Part shown: positions 61,972 to 64,000 of the stretch, piece after piece
Layout: each line of letters begins with the position of its first letter
Position numbering within the stretch: position 1 is the stretch's first letter
The notes under the pieces: model-generated
Database searches by the model: none
Told to the model about the DNA's origin: nothing
What the model saw: only the letters and a program-made list of their open reading frames with translations
Position numbers and translations under genes: made by a program
Assembly (NCBI GenBank): GCA_947570215.1
Contig: CANOTO010000001.1
Location: forward strand, 164,104-228,103
Length of the DNA: 64,000 bases
Direction: 5' to 3'
Source: an uncultured Clostridia bacterium
GTDB taxonomy: Bacteria > Bacillota > Clostridia > Christensenellales > CAG-314

Positions 61972-64000
61972 TTACAGCGAATAATTATTGAAATAACCGT
62001 TTATTACGGTATACAGCGAAGCGGAAAAAGGGTTGCTCAGTCCGGCATAAACTAACGCTTCGCCATAGGTTACTTCTCCGTCGCAGTCAGTATCTGCCGC
62101 CGTTACGTTACGCGAAAAATCGTACAGCTTGAAATAACTGTTGCGCGCAGAATCAAGTCCGTACCGCTGAGCGTTAACGAATATTTCCAAACTGGGAAGC
62201 GCGCTCATAGCGTAGGATATGTAGTAAGCGGGAGAATCGACGACTACATAGTACCAATAGTCCGTTCCCAAGATGTCCGCCATCTCGTCGCCGTAGGAAG
62301 CGAGTATTTCTTCGTATAAGTCACCGTAGCTATTCGGCGCTATACCGTTTAGATACAGTCCGCTGCCGTAGGTATCGGAATACACCGCCTGTTCGAATTC
62401 GTCTACGATTGCCGACTGCACTATGCTGCACAAAATATTAAACAACTGCTCGCACTCCAAAATGCCGTAACCGTCGGATATACCCGCAGGAACGTGTTCC
62501 TTGAGATAAGCGAGAAACAGCATTTCGTTACCCTGCGACTGCGTTTCGTCGTGGTCCATAGACAGCGACAAATTGCCGTTGAATATGCCGTTATAGTAAT
62601 GTCCGAATTCGTGAACAAACGTAAACGCCGTGGAATAATCGTAACTGCCGTATTCGTCGTCGTAATTATCCCCGAAAAAAACTATCGATTTGTTTTTATT
62701 CGGTATCCAATAGGTATACGCTCCCGCCTCTTTTCCCGTAAAATAGTTACCCGTCCTAAACAGATCGTTTACTGCCGCGCCGTAATTTATCGCTCCGTCG
62801 CCCGAAACGTTATTATTCAAATATTCGAAATAATCGTTTATTCTGTTGGTCGCGGAATTAACTCTGCTTGCGTTGGAGTTATCTATCGTAAATAGCGAAT
62901 CGGCGCACAGTCCTTGATAATACTCCATGTTTTTCCGTGTGGAAAAACCTTGAAAGCTTGTATACGCTCGGTATACGTTTATTAACGCAGGCGCGATATG
63001 CTGTTTTACCAGCGCTCTCATAGCGGACACATCAGACGGACGGTATTCGCGGTTGTATTCGTTAGCGTAAGAATATTCCATAAAGTCGGAGTATTTGTCT
63101 CCGTACTGCGCCGCAACGGCATTATTTGCCTTGACAAATTCGCCGTACGCAGCGTAAAGTCTTTGCAATTGAGCGGACGACGGTTTGCCGCCCAATGCGT
63201 CGAGAACTTCGTTATACGCGAACGCGCATTCGTTCGCCTTAGCTTGAAGATTGTCTCCGCTGGACGAATATGCATTGTACGTTTCCATTGCTTCGGCGTA
63301 TTCCGCATCGCTCCAATCTCTGAAAAATTCCGCTTGGTATTTCGAGCCGTCTATAGCGCCTAATAACAGATAATAATTTTTAATATACGAATTATAGCAG
63401 TTATCTACCAACTCTAAGTCGAGCTGCCGTTCCGCATCGGAATAAACGCTGTTAAGCACCGTCGCCACTTGATACTGGTATTCCAAGTCGGGATACTTGG
63501 CGTCGTAGTCGGAGAACTTGTATCTTATGCTATCTACGTTTACCGTACCGCCGTTAACGTCGCCGAGCAATTCGGTATACAGCGAGTCTAACGCCGCAGC
63601 GTCGGTCTGCGTAAAGGTAAACTTGAAATTACTCCTAAATTCCCCGCTTCCCGTGCTGCGCCCCATTACGTTACAGCCGTCGACGGAACACTTGACGAAT
63701 GCGAAATAGCTGTCTCCGAAATTATGAGTGTGGGACGACGGAACAATCGGATTGGGATTGGTATCGCCGAGCTTCCACTTAGCGTACAAATTAACCCGTC
63801 CCGACAGCTTATCTTCGGGACTAAAAGGCGACGTGCAGTCTTCGTCGTAGTACCAACCGTCGAATTTATATCCCGATTTAGAATAATCGGTTGGCAATTG
63901 CATGTCGGAATAATAACGTATTATTTTTGTTCTGTCGCCGTTTTCGGGATGTAAAACAATTATAACCGAATCTTCCTTGCACGCCGCAAGCAAAAAACAG
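61972..64000 (-). CDS. Lipoprotein with InlB-B-type repeat and HExxH metallopeptidase domain (M3/PepF-like); 5' end outside window
   Basis: The frame stays open to nt 64000 (...LFFLLAACKED = end of signal peptide plus lipobox), and the track start is a TTG. B-repeat: SGYKFDGWYYDEDCTSPF...VNLYAKW. Zinc site: TFVHEFGHYYN. Confidence 0.65.
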   Translation of the reverse strand, partial: CFLLAACKEDSVIIVLHPENGDRTKIIRYYSDMQLPTDYSKSGYKFDGWYYDEDCTSPFSPEDKLSGRVNLYAKWKLGDTNPNPIVPSSHTHNFGDSYFAFVKCSVDGCNVMGRSTGSGEFRSNFKFTFTQTDAAALDSLYTELLGDVNGGTVNVDSIRYKFSDYDAKYPDLEYQYQVATVLNSVYSDAERQLDLELVDNCYNSYIKNYYLLLGAIDGSKYQAEFFRDWSDAEYAEAMETYNAYSSSGDNLQAKANECAFAYNEVLDALGGKPSSAQLQRLYAAYGEFVKANNAVAAQYGDKYSDFMEYSYANEYNREYRPSDVSAMRALVKQHIAPALINVYRAYTSFQGFSTRKNMEYYQGLCADSLFTIDNSNASRVNSATNRINDYFEYLNNNVSGDGAINYGAAVNDLFRTGNYFTGKEAGAYTYWIPNKNKSIVFFGDNYDDEYGSYDYSTAFTFVHEFGHYYNGIFNGNLSLSMDHDETQSQGNEMLFLAYLKEHVPAGISDGYGILECEQLFNILCSIVQSAIVDEFEQAVYSDTYGSGLYLNGIAPNSYGDLYEEILASYGDEMADILGTDYWYYVVVDSPAYYISYAMSALPSLEIFVNAQRYGLDSARNSYFKLYDFSRNVTAADTDCDGEVTYGEALVYAGLSNPFSASLYTVINGYFNNYSL

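Noticed and set aside
1-64000. CRISPR arrays, rRNA/tRNA genes, transposases, tandem repeats
   Set aside because: I noticed no regularly spaced direct repeats, tRNA-like cloverleaf regions, rRNA signatures or transposase/integrase motifs on either strand. A tRNAscan, Infernal or repeat-finder run would be needed for certainty.

Overview
64-kb chromosomal window that looks like a Bacillota (Clostridia-like) genome with the standard bacterial code. By eye, GC is in the mid/upper 40s, with one clearly AT-richer stretch at about 5.0-10.7 kb. I support about 45 protein-coding genes, and more than 85% of the coding length is on the minus strand. All family calls rest on motif recognition in the supplied translations and my own reading of the DNA; no search or HMM was run.

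Housekeeping genes:
- pepF, dnaE, whiA, murB, proS, prfB, secA, comFC, recD2 and metK. metK has a SAM-I riboswitch, and an hsp20 gene sits behind a CIRCE operator.

Membrane transport genes:
- A heterodimeric ABC exporter pair, a fused ABC-ATPase/FtsX permease, a 1,588-aa RND permease, three MFS/GPH carriers and a GltS-like carrier.

Other content:
- A two-component system, GH13 and HAD sugar genes, acyltransferases and an Sfp-type PPTase.
- I recognised no rRNA, tRNA, CRISPR array, transposase, integrase or phage structural gene.

Most interesting observations:
1. A four-gene extracytoplasmic flavinylation locus at 29.0-34.0 kb. It encodes a PplA-like lipoprotein with two [S/T]GAT flavinylation motifs, an ApbE fused through a TM hairpin to a NusG-domain-II module, a Gx-family membrane protein and a PdxK-like kinase. 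No recognisable membrane electron conduit lies nearby.
2. An AT-rich cassette at 5.2-10.0 kb. It encodes two small lipoproteins and a 1,240-aa secreted protein that ends in a Hint/bacterial-intein-like autoprocessing module plus a short conserved-looking tail. A stand-alone Spo0A-C-like DNA-binding protein is encoded divergently.
3. An RND permease with about 430 extra residues in its first extracytoplasmic loop only, and no adaptor gene.
4. An orphan divergent XRE/XRE pair around a perfect 16-bp inverted repeat.
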